In this document: in pieces, positions 11,613 through 24,200 of the stretch
How positions within the stretch are numbered: position 1 is the stretch's first letter
Layout of the letters: each line of letters starts with the position of its first letter
Assembly: GCF_046119375.1 (NCBI RefSeq)
Contig: NW_027362764.1
Location: 163,246,001 to 163,310,000 of the forward strand
DNA length: 64,000 nucleotides
From: Phyllobates terribilis
Lineage: Eukaryota
Reading direction: 5' to 3'
Program-made: the position numbers and the translations under genes
The notes under the pieces: model-generated
Databases searched by the model: none
Told to the model about the DNA's origin: nothing
What the model saw: only the letters and a program-made list of their open reading frames with translations

Positions 11613-12286
11613 AAAAAAAAGTTTTTGCATTGCCATATTTTGAGAACTATAATTTTTACATATTTCAGTGGACAGAGTTATGTGACCGTTCATTTTTTGT
11701 GAGACGATTTGATGTTTTTAATGGTACCATTTGTGGGTACATGACCTTTCTTGATCGCTTTCTATATTAATTTGTTCATTCTGGAGGCAGAATGAACAAA
11801 AACCAGCAATTCAGGAATTGTTTTTTTTTTTTAATGCCTTTCTGCGTATGATAAAATTGATAAAGCAGCTTTATTCTTCGGGTCAGGACGATGACAGCGA
11901 TACCGCATTTATGTTGTTTTTTTTTGTTTGGATGCTTTTACGCATTTAAAACTATTATATAGAAAAAATAATTATTTTTGCATCGCTTTATTCTGATAGC
12001 GATGCAATTATTTTTTCCTGTGGATAGAGCTATATCATGGCTTATTTTTTGTGAGACATGATGACCTTTTCAGCGATACCATTTTATTTAAATTTGTCTT
12101 TTTGATCGCGATTTATTGCTCTTTTTGTTCGGCGGTATGATGAAAAAGCATCATTTTTTGCCTAATTTTTTTTTACAGTGTTCACTGGTGGGACAGTTTT
12201 ATAAGTCAGGCTGTTCCGGACACGGTGATACCAAATATGTGTATTTTTTTGTTCATAAAAATATTTATTTATGGGTACAGTATATA

Positions 12287-13904
12287 CAGTTGAAACCAGT
12301 TTACATACCCTATATAAAAAGACACATATGCATGTTTTTCTCAATATCTGACATGAAATCAGAATAAACCTTTCCTGTTTTAGGTTAATTAGGATTACCA
12401 TATTTTTTAATATATGCCAAATGCCAGAATAATGAGAGAGAGAATGTTTTAAGGCATTTTTATTACTTACTGCAAAGTCAAAAGTTTACATACACTAAGA
12501 TTACTATGCCTTTAAGCAATTCTGTACTGTCCATATGATGATGTCATGCATTTGAAGCTTCTGGTAGGTTTTTTTGCAACATCTGAGTTAATTAAGAGAC
12601 ACACCTGTGGATGTATTTTAATGCACACCTGAATCACACTGCTTCTTTGTGTAGCATCATGGGAAATTCTAAAGAAATCAGCCAAGATATCAGGAAGAAA
12701 ATTGTGGACTTGCACAAGTCTGGCTCATCCTTTGGTACAATTTCAAGATACTTGAAGGTGCCTCGTTCATCTGTACAAATAACTATACACAAGTACAAAC
12801 AAGATGGGAATGTCCGGCCATCATAGCGATGAGGAAGGAGACGGGTTCTGTGTCCCAGAGATGAACATTCTTTGGTCCGACATGTGCATATTAACCCAAG
12901 AACAAAAGCGAAAGACCTTGTGAAGATGATGACAGAAGCTGTTAAGATGGTGTCAATATAAGCAGTGAAACGAGTACTGTATCAACATGGTCTAAAAGGC
13001 CACTCTGCAAGGAAGAAGCCATTATTCCAAAAGAAACATAAAAAAGCCAGATTAATGTTTGCAAATGCACACAGGAACAAAGACCTTAATTTTTGGAGAC
13101 ATGTCCTGTCGTCTGATGAAACTAAAATGTTACTTTTTGGGATTAATGACCATTGTTACATTTGGAGGAAAAAGGGAGAAGCTTGGAAGCCTAAGAACAC
13201 TATCCCAACTGTGAAAACGGGGGTGGCAGCATCCTGTTGTGGGGTTGTTTTGCTGCAGGAGGGATTGGTGCACTTCACAAAATAGATGGCATCATGAGAT
13301 AAGAAGATTATGTGGCAATACTGAAGCAACATCTCAAGACATCAGCCAAGAATTTAAAGCTTGGACGTAAATGGGTCTTCCAAATGGACAATGACCCAAA
13401 GCATACTGCCAAAATGGTAACAAAGTGGCTTAAGGATAACTACTGTAAGTCAATGTTTTAGAGTGGCCATCACAAAGCCCTGATCTCAGTCCTATTGAAA
13501 ATTTATGGGCAAAGCTGAAAAGGCAGGTGCGAGCCAGGCGACCTACAAACCTGGATCACTTACACCAGTTTTGTCAGGAGGAATGGGCCCAAATTCTGAC
13601 CAACTGTTGTGAAAAGCTTGTGGAAGGATATCCCAAACGTTTGACCCAAGTCATTCAGTTTAAGGGTAATGGTACCAATTACTAATGAAATGTATGTAAA
13701 TTTTTGACTTTGCAGTAAGTAATAAAAAATTCCTTAAAACATTCTCTCTCCCTCATTATTCTGGCATTTGGCAAATATTAAAAATTATGGTAATCTTAAT
13801 TGACCTAAAACGGGAAAGGTTTATTCTGATTTCATGTGAGATATTGAGAAAAACATTCATATGTGCCTATTTATATAGTGTATGTAAATTTCTGGTTTCC
13901 ACTG
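12287..13904 (+). mobile_element. Tc1 element of the Sleeping Beauty-like group with long (~230-bp) inverted repeats
   Basis: TA|CAGTTGAAACCAG..TTTACATAC at 12287 and GTATGTAAA..CTGGTTTCCACTG|TA at 13904. TA TSD. Confidence 0.95.
12659..13685 (+). pseudogene. Tc1 DD34E transposase remnant
   Basis: MGNSKEISQDIRKKIV (paired-like HTH), SARKKP, SDETK, QMDNDPKH, WPSQSPDLSPIENLW. Several stops and frameshifts. Confidence 0.95.
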
Positions 13905-14820
13905 TATATATTATAATATAATATATATTATTTTGTGATTAGTCCAAGGTCGGTAAGTACCTAACGACCTTGATGTATGGATACATTGAAGGTCGTGAAG
14001 GGGTTAATGTCATTGTAATTTAGATATTTTTGTGATTTTGGTGCATGCTCGTTAGAAATCGTGAATACAACAACACAGAAAAATGCAAAAACCCCAATAT
14101 GATTCCCAGTAGTGACGAGCGAACGTGCTCGCCACTGCTCAGTACTCGCCCGAGCATCACGGTGCTCCACAAGCTCGGTGCTCGGCGAGTATTTCCGGGT
14201 TGCTCGGGCGGGAACTTGGTTCCCCACTCTGCATGTTTGGCACTCTTTAGAAAACCAATGAACATGCAGGGATTGCTTGGCATGTACTGTAATGCCGTAG
14301 CCATGTTGGTTGTGGGCATTACAGTGATTGGTTGGCCGCACAGCATCGTCAGGTTTATATAAGCCCTGGCGCCGCTATGCTCGTCACAGTCTATCCCAGA
14401 ATCAGGCAGAGTAGGGAGAGCTGCTGCTGAGTCAGGGAGAGATTTGCTTGTTTAGAGTTAGTATAGGTATTCCACAACATATATCTATATATCCATCTGA
14501 ACTAACAGTCCTTCTGAGGACTAATCCGGGTGCATATTTTCAGTGGTGAAGGTGATAGCAGGAGTTAGGCAGGCAGGCAGTGTATGAGGCAGACTGCAGT
14601 GCATATAGTGCAAAAGGGTCCATAGCATGTTCCTGCTGCTGCTGTTCTGTACAGATATTTGTAGGCATAGCCCCATATATCAGGGGCCAGGGCCAATTTT
14701 TTCTCCTCCATTTGCTTGTTAGCACTGCAGAATACAGCCAGATCTTTTCAGTATTACAGAGATAAAAATCCAGAAATTTGAACTGAACGTGGAAAATATT
14801 TGCTTACATTTTCATTTTGT

Positions 14821-15110
14821 TGCAATGTGTCGGTCAATCTATTCAAACTAAGTCTCTGAGAAGAATAGTATTAGTAAATTACAGGCCTGCTATTTAAAAC
14901 CGTGGTTCTCTGTCAGACGTATCACATATAACTGTGTTCCAAAATCAGTCATTTCTGCCTTCCATTTCATTGCAGTGTGTCAGTCAAGCTATTCACACTA
15001 GGTCTCTGTGAAGAACAGTATTAGCAAATTACAGGCCTGCTATTTAAAACTGTGGTACTCTGTCAGACGTATAACATATAACTGTGTTTCAAAATCAGCC
15101 ATTTCTAGTG
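14821..15110. repeat. 150-bp tandem duplication in the hAT left arm
   Basis: TGCA(A/G)TGTGTC..GTATTAG..ACAGGCCTGCTATTTAAAAC at 14821 and 14971. Confidence 0.9.
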
Positions 15111-16232
15111 AACGTGGAAAATATTGTCCTCCATTTAAAATGGGTAAGATGCGTGGCAAGGGACGGGGAAGTGGATGTATTGGTGATGGTGCATGAGGAC
15201 GTGGGCACGCTGAAATTGTGCCACAACTAACACCCACATCTTATCGCCCGATCTTCCTCTCCCAATTGAAGGGGATCGCCCTGCCAGCTTCAAGTGAGTC
15301 AAGAGGAGAACGTGTGTAGCAATGCCCAAATATTTGAGCAGCCACGGTCACACGAAGGCAACGGTGGGAAAGTGCAATTACTGTTGCAAGAGGTGGATAA
15401 TGATGATGATGAGACACAATTGCCAGAAAGTCAGGAGGAGAACCAGGGAGCGGAAGTGGAAGACGAGGTGGTGGATGATATAGTAACTGACCCAACCTGG
15501 CAGGGAGACATGCAGAGCGAGGAAAGCAGCATACAGGGGGAGGGAGGTGTAGCACCACAACAGGCAGGAACTGTCACGGGTGTGTCGCCACGAAGATCGT
15601 CACGAGTACACAGCCTGACTTCTCGCAGCTGACTTGTTGGTGCTTTGTGTTTTTCGGCAGTGAGGGAGTTAATTCTCTCTCTCTCTGTGCTAGACGAGGT
15701 CCAGCCTAGCCCAGCTGCAATCAATACTTCTGTAGTGAGACTCCTTCAAATGCCTGCTGGTCTGTTTGGGAAGTGTCGGTGAAAGCATTTCATTCAGACT
15801 TACAGAGCGGATCGTGGTGTTTGGAGTTTCTGAGATAAGTGTACTTGGAGTGTATTTTCCCTTCCTCGCTTTATCATTTATCTCCTTTCCCGTTGGTGTT
15901 CCCTCTGTTGTAGTTGTGTAGTTGTTGTATGCAAGGTGGTTTTGGTTTTTCCCTTGTACTGTCTCGTTCGTCTAAGTACTGTGTGTGGGCATATTATTTT
16001 TTGTCCCCTTTTGTTGTGATCGGGGTCCTTCTCAGGACTAGATTACTTAGGTGCAGGGATCCTCAGGAGGTAGGGGTTACGCTGGCGGCCTGGACCTCTG
16101 TACCTTTAACAGTACCTCCAGGTTGAGGGATTAGTCAGGGCCCCAGCTTAGGGTCAGCTTAGGCCCCCTACCTCCAGTATACTGAGACAGCGTGACATTT
16201 TCACCGACCCACTTAGTTTTTCTCCAGCTACC

Positions 16233-17072
16233 ATGGATCCAGTAGCCGGTCTAGCTTGGCAGTTGCAGAGTTTGTCCATGGAGCTGGCGGACGTTAGGTC
16301 CAAGGTTTTGCATCCTCAGGAGCAAGCCGGACCAGAACCTAAAGTAGCTCTCCCTGACAGGTTCACTGGGGGGCGGGACAAGTTTTTTGTTTTCCGGGAG
16401 GCATGCAAGTTGTACTTTCGGCTGCGGCCTCGGTCATCGGGGAGTGAAGAAGAAAGGGTGGGAATTGTCATCTCGCTCCTACTAGGGGACCCACAATCTT
16501 GGGCGTTCTCTCTTCCCCCGGGCTCCCCGGCTCTCCAGTCAGTGGATAGGTTTTTCGCTGCTCTGGGACTCGTATATGATGACCCAGATCGGATCTCCCT
16601 TGCTGAGTCTAAGTTACGTAGGATCCAGCAGGGAGATCGTCCGGCGGAGGAATTCTGTTCGGAGTTCCGTAGGTGGGCCACGGACACCCAGTGGAATGAC
16701 CCGGCTCTTAGGAGCCAGTTTTGTCATGGTTTATCCGACAAATTACAGGATGTGTTGGCACAGTATGACTCTCCCGCGTCACTGGAAGCCGCTATGGCCC
16801 TTGCTATTCGTGTTGACAGACGGCTTCGGGAGAGGTGCGGGATAACTCTACCCGCTGTGATGACTCCACCTCCTACAAGGTCCCCTCATATGGTGGTTCC
16901 CCTGGTCAGTCCAGAGGAGCCTATGCAATTAGGAGGGACATCATTTCGGGGGAGGGGACCGGTGGTGCGCCATAAGACAGGAAGGTGTTTCTTCTGCGGG
17001 AGAAAGGGACATTTTATTGTGGGGTGTCCATCCCGTCCCTTGCAGAGTGAAGAGTCGTCGGAAAACTGTTGA
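16233..17072 (+). CDS. gag: Gag (Ty3/PEG10-like capsid plus CCHC zinc knuckle)
   Basis: Intact 279-aa ORF: LPDRFTG, capsid region, CFFCGRKGHFIVGC. Confidence 0.95.
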   Translation: MDPVAGLAWQLQSLSMELADVRSKVLHPQEQAGPEPKVALPDRFTGGRDKFFVFREACKLYFRLRPRSSGSEEERVGIVISLLLGDPQSWAFSLPPGSPALQSVDRFFAALGLVYDDPDRISLAESKLRRIQQGDRPAEEFCSEFRRWATDTQWNDPALRSQFCHGLSDKLQDVLAQYDSPASLEAAMALAIRVDRRLRERCGITLPAVMTPPPTRSPHMVVPLVSPEEPMQLGGTSFRGRGPVVRHKTGRCFFCGRKGHFIVGCPSRPLQSEESSENC

Positions 17073-17119
17073 TCCCAGGTTGTGTGGTGGACGGCAATCT
17101 GGGAGTAGGTATTTCGTCC
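17060..17119 (+). other. -1 ribosomal frameshift signal: slippery G_GAA_AAC plus H-type pseudoknot
   Basis: Heptamer 17060-17066; 6-nt spacer; stem 1 17073-17082/17095-17104; stem 2 17089-17094/17114-17119. pol is in the -1 frame. Confidence 0.8.
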
Positions 17120-20100
17120 CTAGGTTCGTCTCAGTTTCTCGTACCGGCGGAGGTGGTGGTGGGTACGAGAACTGAGAGGATATCTGTTCTTCTGGATAGT
17201 GGGGCCGGGGCTAATCTGGTTGATGCTCGGTTTGCCCGGGTTCAAGGTATGCGATTGAGTGAGTTGGCTAAACCCATCCCCATATTCTCGATCGATGCCA
17301 GGCCTCTCGGTCAGGGAAGTTTTTTGCAAGCTGTGCATGACGTAAAACTTCAAGTGGGGGCGATACATAAAGAACTGTTGTCTTGCTACGTGTTGGAGGG
17401 TCTTCCCACTCCTATAGTGTTGGGCCTTCCCTGGTTAGCTAAGCATAACCCGGTTATTAATTGGCAAACCAGAGAGATAAGCCAATGGAGTAAATTCTGT
17501 AATAAAAACTGCATGAACACGGTCATCGGTGCGGTTACTCCTTGGGTCTTACCTCCATTTCTGGCGGACTTTGAGGATGTATTCTCGGAGAAAGGGTGTC
17601 AGGAACTACCTCCTCATCGCGAGTATGACTGTTCTGTAAAACTGCTCCCTGAGGCCAAGTTACCTAAAGCTAGGTTGTATAACCTTTCTGGTCCTGAGAG
17701 GCAGGCCATGAAGGATTATATTTCAGAAAGTCTGGCTAAGGGGCATATTAGACCTTCATCTTCACCGGTGGCTGCGGGGTTCTTCTTTGTTAAGAAGAAA
17801 GATGGAGGCCTACGCCCTTGCCTGGATTTCCGTGAACTTAATCGGATTACGGTCCGAGATCCGTATCCGCTCCCACTTATTCCCGATCTCTTTAATCAGA
17901 TCGTGGGCGCCAAATGGTTCTCTAAGTTGGATCTCAGGGGGGCGTACAATCTGATTAGGATGAAGGAGGGGGATGAGTGGAAGACGGCGTTTAACACTCC
18001 GGAGGGGCATTATGAGAACCTTGTCATGCCATTCGGTCTGACTAATGCCCCGGCGGTGTTCCAACACTTTGTTAATGACATTTTTTGCTGCCTGGTGGGA
18101 CAGTTTGTTGTCATATATCTGGATGATATCTTAATTTACTCGCCGGATCTGGTGTCTCATCAGGAGCACGTTAGGCAGGTGTTACAGATCTTGCGGGATA
18201 ATAAACTGTATGCCAAATGGGAAAAGTGTGTGTTCGCCGTACAGGAACTCCAGTTTTTAGGCTTCCTGGTTTCAGCGTCCGGTTTTCGTATGGACCCTGG
18301 GAAAGTGCGGGCAGTTCTTGAGTGAGATCGGCCAGAGAATCTTAAGGCACTACAACGTTTCCTGGGGTTTGCTAATTATTACCGGAAGTTCATTCGTAAT
18401 TTCTCGTCCATGGTTAAGCCTCTCACAGACATGACTAAAAAGGGGACGGATTTTTCTAGGTGGTCTGACAAGGCTTGTCAAGCATTCTCCTCCTTGAAAA
18501 AATGTTTTGCCTCGGCACCCATACTCATTCAACCTGATGCGTCACAGCCATTCATTGTAGAGGTAGACGCTTCCGAGGTAGGGGTGGGAGCAGTATTGTC
18601 ACAGGGTTCGTCTCCTGGTAAGTGGCATCCGTGCGCCTTTTTCTCTAAAAAATTGTCGTCCGCTGAGAGGAATTACGATGTCGGCAATAGGGAACTCTTG
18701 GCCATTAAGTTAGCTTTTGAGGAGTGGCGCCATTTTTTGGAGGGGGCAGTCCATCCGGTCACCGTCATCACCGATCACAAGAACCTGCTATATCTGGAGT
18801 CCGCGAAACGTCTGAATCCCAGACAAGCTAGGTGGTCATTGTTTTTTACCAGGTTTAATTTTGTCGTTACATATCGTCCTGGGTCAAAAAATGTAAAGGC
18901 GGATGCCTTATCTCGTAGTTTCCCTGGGGCCGGGAATACGGACGACCCGATTCCTATCCTTCAGGAGGGGGTGGTGGTTTCGGCAGTATGCTCTGAGCTG
19001 GAGGAGGAGGTATTGGAGGCTCAGGGGGACGCCCCTGTTGGACCTCCGGGGAGACTGTTTGCTCCAGATCAGTTGCGACAAAAGGTGATCGAGGCACACC
19101 ATAACTCAGTTTTTGCAGGACACCCGGGGAGTAAAGCAACTGTGGATCTCCTCTCGCGTCGGTTTTGGTGGCCTAACTTACATAAGGAGGTGGTAACTTT
19201 TGTCGCGTCCTGTGGGGTTTGTGCGCGCTCTAAGACCTCACATACCCGTCCGTCTGGGGCCCTCTTACCTTTGAAGATCCCGGAGCGTCCTTGGACTCAT
19301 CTGTCTATGGACTTTATTACGGACCTCCCTCCGTCTTCGGGTAAAACGGTCATACTCGTTGTAGTGGACAGGTTCAGCAAGATGGCACATTTTATCGCTC
19401 TTCCGGCTCTCCCTAATGCTAAAACTCTTGCGCAGGTGTTCATTGGGGAGATTGTGAGGCTTCACGGGGTACCCTCCGAGGTGGTGTCTGATCGGGGGTC
19501 TCAGTTTGTGTCCAAGTTCTGGAAGGCGTTTTGTGCACGGCGGTGGATGCATTTGTCATTCTCATCGGCTTTTCATCCTCAGACCAATGGTCAGACGGAA
19601 CGTATGAACCAGAGCTTGGAGACATATCTCCGGTGTTTTGTGTCAGAGAACCAGGAGGACTGGGCTTCTTTCTTACCTCTGGCAGAGTTTGCTCTTAATA
19701 ATAGGCGGAGCGAGTCCACTGGTAAGTCCCCGTTTTTTGGGGCATATGGTTTTCACCCCCAGTTTTGTACTTTCAGTAGGGGGGGCTCTTCGGGGGTTCC
19801 TGAGGAGGAACGATTTTCCTCATCACTCGCTTCAGTATGGAGAGGGGTGCTGAAGAATCTGAATACTATGGGGAACCGATACAAACGTATGGCTGATAGG
19901 AGGAGAGTGTCTGGTCCGGACCTAAGTGTGAACGATCGGGTATGGTTGTCTACCAGGAATATTAAACTTAAGGTTCCCTCCTGGAAACTGGGTCCCAGGT
20001 TCATCGGGCCGTACAGAATCAGTTCTATTATTAATCCGGTGGCATTCCGTCTTGACCTCCCCCCTACGTTTAAAATTCACAACGTGTTCCACAGATCATT

Positions 20101-20443
20101 GCTTAAGAGGTATGTGGCGCCGGTGGTACCGTCACCTTTACCTCCCCCTCCAGTGGTGGTCAATGGTAACTTGGAGTTCCAGGTATCGAGGGTCATCGAT
20201 TCACGCTTTAATCGCCGGTCCCTTCAGTACCTGGTTCATTGGAAAGGGTATGGTCCTGAGGAGAGGATGTGGGTTCCTGCGTCGGATATTAACGCAGACC
20301 GATTAGTTCGGGCCTTCCACACGACTCACCCGGATAAACCTGGCCCTGAGGGTCCGGAGGCCCCTCGTAGAAGGGGGGGTGCTGTCACGGGTGTGTCGCC
20401 ACGAAGATCGTCACGAGTACACAGCCTGACTTCTCGCAGCTGA
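17069..20443 (+). pseudogene. pol: Pol (protease-RT-RNase H-integrase-chromodomain) with a single TGA at a Trp position (18323-18325)
   Basis: LLDSGA, YLDD, VDAS, GHPG..CGVC, SMDFI, SDRG, GPY, chromodomain QYLVHWKGYGPEERMW. ORFs 17069-18325 and 18410-20443 are in frame. The ORF reads into the 3' LTR. Confidence 0.96.
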
Positions 20444-21279
20444 CTTGTTGGTGCTTTGTGTTTTTCGGCAGTGAGGGAGTTAATTCTCTCTCTCTCTGTG
20501 CTAGACGAGGTCCAGCCTAGCCCAGCTGCAATCAATACTTCTGTAGTGAGACTCCTTCAAATGCCTGCTGGTCTGTTTGGGAAGTGTCGGTGAAAGCATT
20601 TCATTCAGACTTACAGAGCGGATCGTGGTGTTTGGAGTTTCTGAGATAAGTGTACTTGGAGTGTATTTTCCCTTCCTCGCTTTATCATTTATCTCCTTTC
20701 CCATTGGTGTTCCCTCTGTTGTAGTTGTGTAGTTGTTGTATGCAAGGTGGTTTTGGTTTTTCCCTTGTACTGTCTCGTTCGTCTAAGTACTGTGTGTGGG
20801 CATATTATTTCTTGTCCCCTTTTGTTGTGATCGGGGTCCTTCTCAGGACTAGATTACTTAGGTGCAGGGATCCTCAGGAGGTAGGGGTTACGCTGGCGGC
20901 CTGGACCTCTGTACCTTTAACAGTACCTCCAGGTTGAGGGATTAGTCAGGGCCCCAGCTTAGGGTCAGCTTAGGCCCCCTACCACCAGTATACTGAGACA
21001 GCGTGACAGGAACAAGCAGTGTGGTGGCCGCAGACACAAGGCAGGAAAGCGTTCCCAGTAACACTAACACAACGGAAGTTGCCAGTATAACTGTTAGGTC
21101 TTTCCGAGTCTGGTTATTTTTTAAAGACTCTGCAGATAACCCCAAAATAACCCCATTTGCACCATCTGACTGGCCAGCATCAGCAGGGTAGCAAAACTAG
21201 CAGCCTGACCACCACCTGCATGATCAGGCACATGGCAGCAAAGCACCCTACTAAGTGGGCCGAACCCCAAGGTGCAGAA

Positions 21280-24200
21280 TGTTACGCTCGCGCCCGGACT
21301 GACTGGCGTGAGCGTGATCCTACTGTACCATGAACCGAGGAGTGCCTGGAGGGGCGTAACTAAGTATCAACCCGATCCGACCAAGGTCGCACGGCGTCTC
21401 AGTCGACTCCGTGAACCAAGGAGGAACCGAGCAGAGGGACCAGGTGCTACTCCAGGTCAGACCCCGGTCACAGCTGTTGACCCACACCGGGGAATGCAGG
21501 AACAGGCGGATACTGGTAAGCACGGCCGGTATGCAGACAGGTGGGTACTGGCAAGTACGGCTGGTATGCAGACAGGTGGGTACTGGCAAGTACGGCTAGT
21601 ATGCAGACAGGTGGGCACTGGCAAGCACGGCTGGTATGCAGACAGGTGGGCACTGGCAAGCACGGCTGGTATTCAGACAGGTGAGCACTGGCAAGCGCAG
21701 CTGGAATGCAGACAGGGAGGTACTAGCAGGTTGGAGCACAGGCTGGATAGGGTCCAGTACAGACTAGTAGACAGGTACAGAGCCGCAGATGGGGTAGACA
21801 AGCAGAGTAAAACGAAACCGCTGGAGCGGAGGACAAGGCAGAGCAGAGAGGAACTGCTAGTGCGGTGAGCAAGCAGAGCGGAGCGAAAACCGCAGGTGCG
21901 GTGGGCAAGGCAGAGCAGAGAGGAACCGCCGGAGCGGAGGAAAAGGCAGAGCAGAGCGAAACCGCAGGTGCGGTGGACAAGGCAGAGCAGAGCGGAACCG
22001 CCAGAGCGGTGGGCAAGTCAGAGCAGAGAGAAGCCGCCGGAGTGGTGGGTAAGGCAGAGCAGAGGGAAGCCGCCGGAGCGGTGGGCAAGTCAGAGCAGAG
22101 AGAAACCGCTGGCACGTTGAGCTAGGCAGAGCAGAGAGAAGCCGCCGGAGCGGTGGGCAAGTCAGAGCAGAGAGAAGCCACCGGAGCGGTGGGTAAGGCA
22201 GAGCAGAGGGAAGCCACCAGAGCGGTGGGCAAGTCAGAGCAGAGAGAAAGGGTTGGCGCGGTGAGCAGCAGAGCCGAACAGGGCTGAAGGTGCAGGCAGA
22301 GAGGACAGGGCTCTGTTCACATGGAACAGACTGGAAAATACAGGAAGATGGCTAGAACACAGGAGGAAGATACGGAGGAAGGGAAAAGGGACAAGCAGAA
22401 CCAGATACACACAAGGTACTTACTATGAAGTAGCGAGTGGACACAAAACTCACAAACAGAAGTACAGAGACAACGAGTTGGAGTTAGGTGCAAGTTCAGA
22501 TACTGTAGGAAAAGGGAAGGTATGGACAGAGAGACAAACAGGTAACAGGCTAGGATACAGTTCAGACAGGAACTGCTACTGCAATGAGATACAAGAACGA
22601 GCCTGGGTATACAGCCCCCAGAGTGGTGGAAACAGACTAGAAGTCACATGTAACAGGCCTGGGTATAGAGCCCCCAGAGTGGCGGTAACAGACTAGAAGT
22701 CAGAGATAACAGGTCTGGGTATGCAGACCCCAGAGTGGCGGAAACAGACTAGAAGTCAGAGATAACAGGCCTGGGTATGCAGCCCCCAGGATGGCAGAAA
22801 CAGACAAGATACAGGACAAGACCTGGCAATTCAGTTGCAAAGACAAACTGAATGAAGGTGTTGCTCAGGCACCTCCTTCTGGGTGGAGGGGGTTTAAATA
22901 TCCAGTGACTCACAGCAATAGACTGGAGACGCATTAGGGGTGCGCCCACAGCAGCTATAAGAATCAGGAAGTAACCGGGCTGCCGCCCTAAGCAGTCAGT
23001 CAAGAGACATGCACACAGCATGAACTGGAGCAAGGTTTGCAGGCTGGACTGACAGGTAAGATTGCGGTCTTGCATAGTGGGAGGTGGTGCACTATGCAAG
23101 CTCGCCGCCAGGGATGTTACAGTACCCCCCCTTTTACGCCCCCTCTTCTTCAAGCCTGCAAGGGTCTTCTGTAGATAATTTGGAGGCCAATCCTTCTCTT
23201 CAAGAGGATTACCTCTTCAGTTCATTAGAGGAAACGAAACTGATCTCATCATCTTGGTGACTAGGATGCTTCCTCCTATCAAGCCATCCTCAGCAACAGA
23301 TGAAGTGGGTGCAGTACCAGGAACAGCACACAGGAAAGTCTCTCTCCATTTGTTATCAGGTAGCACCCTGGTGGATTCAGGAGACAACTGGAGGTCCTCC
23401 GCCTGGTTGGAGGGGTGCAGAGACAAGGGGGTAATCACTGCTTCGAAGTACACTTTGCCAAGCTTACTGGATGAAGTGGACAAAGTACCAGGTACAGGGT
23501 TGTAGGAAAGTCTCTCTCCATTTGTTATCAGGTAGCACCCCGGAGGTTTCAGGAGACAACTGGAGGTCCTCCGCCTGGTTGGAGGGGTGCAGAGACTCGG
23601 GGGTAAACACTGCCTTGATGGACGTAGGACCAGATTTATTAGAGACGGAGGGTCCTTGCTTTAGGACCATCTTCAGACTTTTTTCAGAGATGACATGACT
23701 GTAAGGCGGGACGGTACCTGAAGCCAGATCATTGGTACAATCGTCGAGACTGTGGGGAAATCGCCTCCGCTTCTCTTCCTTCGGAGACTTCAGCGCACAG
23801 CAAGTCAGCGACTAGCAGATCTGGTGAATAAGAAGAAACTGATGACTGTCCTGAAGATGTGGGGACTGGACACCCCTTGTACCTTAGCAGTCCCCCAGGA
23901 TGCACCATGCAGGATCTCCAGACCTGGGCACTAGATCTCTCGGCTCTGAACGACCTGTGGGTAAGCCAGTCAGCACCTGGAATGTGAACTTCTTCATGTG
24001 TAATGCTCCAATCTGGAGCTTAATTTGTACAGACATATTTTGACTGTTTCTGAGTAGGGCTCATCCTTCTGCTGACAATGCCCAAACCGGCTTCTGGAGT
24101 TGTCGGACGGGAATCAGACACCGACTCTTCAAGGCTTTAAGCCTGAAACTTCCAGTTAATCCAAGGCCTTCACTTGCCACGGAGACAGTCATGGTCATCT

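Larger units (their letters stand above)
9351..14003. mobile_element. Probable non-autonomous TTAA-specific (piggyBac-like) element containing a MITE and a Tc1
   Basis: TTAA|CTCCTTTACC at 9347-9360 and AAGGGG|TTAA at 13998-14007. Internal repeats (CATTTTGGAAACTAGACCCCTC). No ORF. The terminal match is only ~7/10. Confidence 0.5.
15572..21008 (+). mobile_element. Full-length chromoviral Ty3/Gypsy LTR retrotransposon (Tf1/sushi-like), very young
   Basis: 626-bp LTRs 15572-16197 and 20383-21008 (TGTCA..TGACA), with three differences seen by eye. 5-bp TSD GGAAC. gag-pol present. PPT AGAAGGGGGGG at 20369-20379. Confidence 0.98.

Noticed and set aside
18323-18325. Programmed stop-codon readthrough in pol
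   Set aside because: The TGA sits at a Trp position inside RT, and the related element has TGG (LDWDRP) at ~34410, so it is a point mutation.
21272-22125. Repetitive ORFs (MQTGGYWQ.., AEQREAAG..) and their copies at 25102-26042 and 39464-40428
   Set aside because: They arise from stop-poor minisatellites inside LTRs and are open in several frames and on both strands; no domain signal.
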